Positions 23,768 through 25,037 of a stretch of DNA of 25,037 nt are shown here, one piece after another. The notes under the pieces were generated by a model that was not told the DNA's origin, did no database searches, and worked only from the letters and a program-made list of their open reading frames with translations. The translations under genes and the position numbers were made by a program. The stretch's first letter is position 1. Each line of letters starts with the position of its first letter. Location of the stretch: positions 1 to 25,037 of IMG/VR virus record IMGVR_UViG_3300037558_000312; one strand, written 5' to 3'. The DNA comes from a virus. Lineage: Duplodnaviria > Caudoviricetes.

Positions 23768-24373
23768 CTATCTATAAAAGTTTGCTGATAAACAACGCCT
23801 AACGTGATCTGTCTCATTTTGATTGACTCCATGTTCCATCCAACCTGGAAATAATATTAACTTTCGATCTTTGGGAGGTATAGATATTAAATTTCCCCGT
23901 TCTGCTGTAAAGGGAACAAATCTTGCAGGTGAATGCTCACAAAAATAAAAGTCTCCATCCATACCGTTAGATGAAAGATAGTATGCCATCGAAATCATCG
24001 AGGCTCCATGATGATGCTGAACTGCATAATCGCCTTTATGATATTGGGTGATCCAACTACTGCGACCAGATATATCCATACCTACTCCCATACCATCACA
24101 AAAAGCTGTTATATGGTGACCTAATTCTTCATGTAATTCATCTAGTTCAAACTCGCTGATTACATCAGCACCAAAACTTGGTTTATTAAATTTTTTACTA
24201 ACATTCATGCCATGTGCTTTACTAGTCAATGGTACTTGTCCCCATTCTATATTAGCTAATTTAGCTAAAGTTGCATCATGTGTTTCTTGTGAGATTTCTC
24301 CAACATATATCTGAGTAGGAAAAATTTGTTCTACTTTTCCAGTAATGCTTTCGAACTTCCTTAGCTTCTTCAT
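23768..24373 (-). CDS. 2OG-Fe(II) oxygenase (TIGR02466-like)
   Basis: HHHGASMISMAYY, FPGWMEHGV, RRCLSANF. Confidence 0.85.
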   Translation of the reverse strand: MKKLRKFESITGKVEQIFPTQIYVGEISQETHDATLAKLANIEWGQVPLTSKAHGMNVSKKFNKPSFGADVISEFELDELHEELGHHITAFCDGMGVGMDISGRSSWITQYHKGDYAVQHHHGASMISMAYYLSSNGMDGDFYFCEHSPARFVPFTAERGNLISIPPKDRKLILFPGWMEHGVNQNETDHVRRCLSANFYR

Positions 24374-24592
24374 TTATCCACTCACAAATTTTCCTTTAGG
24401 ACGGTACCATACTTTTTGATGATATATCCTTCCTAACAGTTCCTGTATTTCCATCATCTCTGATTTTAATTGGGGAGACGTTTCGCCTTCGGCAATAGCT
24501 AATCCTCTTCGTCCTGCCTTTGCTCTAAGAGCCTGTTCAATTATTTCTATATCTCTAATTGATAATTCGAATTTTGTATTTGGTTTTACCAA
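24374..24592 (-). CDS. Hypothetical protein
   Basis: 72 aa; TTG start with AAGGGG RBS; TATAAGTA box at 24610-24617. Confidence 0.7.
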   Translation of the reverse strand: MVKPNTKFELSIRDIEIIEQALRAKAGRRGLAIAEGETSPQLKSEMMEIQELLGRIYHQKVWYRPKGKFVSG

Positions 24593-24611
24593 CTTATTCC
24601 CCTTCGTACTA

Positions 24612-24652
24612 CTTATAAAATAAGGGGACTAGTAAGAACTCTTACTAGCCCC
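24612..24652 (-). terminator. Rho-independent terminator
   Basis: Minus strand GGGGCTAGTAAG-AGTT-CTTACTAGTCCC stem (one G-U) followed by a TTATTTTAT tract. Confidence 0.75.
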
Positions 24653-24745
24653 CGAGGTACTAACTGGTGTGAGTGAGAGTGACGCAGACAGAGGAGTACA
24701 CCAGTTAGTGTTTAAATGTCCTTATTGTGAGAACGGACATTTAAA
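24612..24745 (-). ncRNA. Candidate 3'-UTR small RNA made of three back-to-back hairpins
   Basis: Stems 24711-21/24735-45 (11 bp perfect), 24659-70/24698-709 (12 bp perfect, 27-nt C/U-rich loop), and the terminator stem 24624-24653. Confidence 0.5.
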
Positions 24746-24749
24746 TTCT

Positions 24750-25037
24750 TTAGCCTCGTTTCATACAAGTGGACTCTGCATAACTCTTCCACTTTGAGGC
24801 ATTCATTTTCTTAAGGTCGGCAATTTTGAGTACCATTCTCAAACTCATCTCCCTAAGTTTGTTCTTGTTAGTGTAGATATAATCCATTAGATCCTTTTGT
24901 TCATCTTCAGGAAACTTGTAGCTAGTAAGCATACCGTCAGCAACGATTTGTTTACAACGTAGAAACTTGTCTCGCATTGTATCCAATGTCAAATCCAAAT
25001 AGTGACAACGTGACATAATAGCATCCAAGTGATCCTT
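24750..25037 (-). CDS. C-terminal part of a probable AAA+ ATPase (truncated by the window edge)
   Basis: HLDAIMSRC (arginine-finger-like) and SLRMVLKI (sensor-2-like); frame is open to the edge. Confidence 0.6.
   Translation of the reverse strand, partial: KDHLDAIMSRCHYLDLTLDTMRDKFLRCKQIVADGMLTSYKFPEDEQKDLMDYIYTNKNKLREMSLRMVLKIADLKKMNASKWKSYAESTCMKRG

Noticed and set aside
1-25037. Stop-codon reassignment (TAG/TGA recoding seen in some large phages)
   Set aside because: Conserved genes are full length in the standard code, and TAA, TAG and TGA all end genes at sensible junctions

Overview
This is a 25-kb, AT-rich (roughly 35% GC by eye), densely coding segment of a large T4-superfamily-like (myovirus-type) bacteriophage. 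Nearly all genes are on the minus strand and use the standard genetic code. From left to right it holds: a PAAR spike protein, an Sm-like protein, glutaredoxin and class Ia RNR (nrdB, nrdA); tail/virion proteins and a PD-(D/E)XK exonuclease; a block of probable internal-head proteins; a kinase-like / RNA-ligase-like / Pol-beta nucleotidyltransferase cluster next to a divergently transcribed, structured ~215-nt candidate ncRNA; a GNAT protein, gp41-like helicase and gp61-like primase; a 192-aa miniature DnaE (Pol III alpha) catalytic core; two 2OG-Fe(II) oxygenases, a Zn-finger protein, a gp62-like clamp-loader subunit, an Hc1-like protein, a Hint-like protein and a UvsW-like helicase; and a triple-hairpin RNA element after a partial AAA+ ATPase. 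Both sigma70-type and T4-late-type (TAAATA) promoters recur, often spaced so that the mRNA would be leaderless. All family assignments come from motifs recognised by eye, not from database searches.
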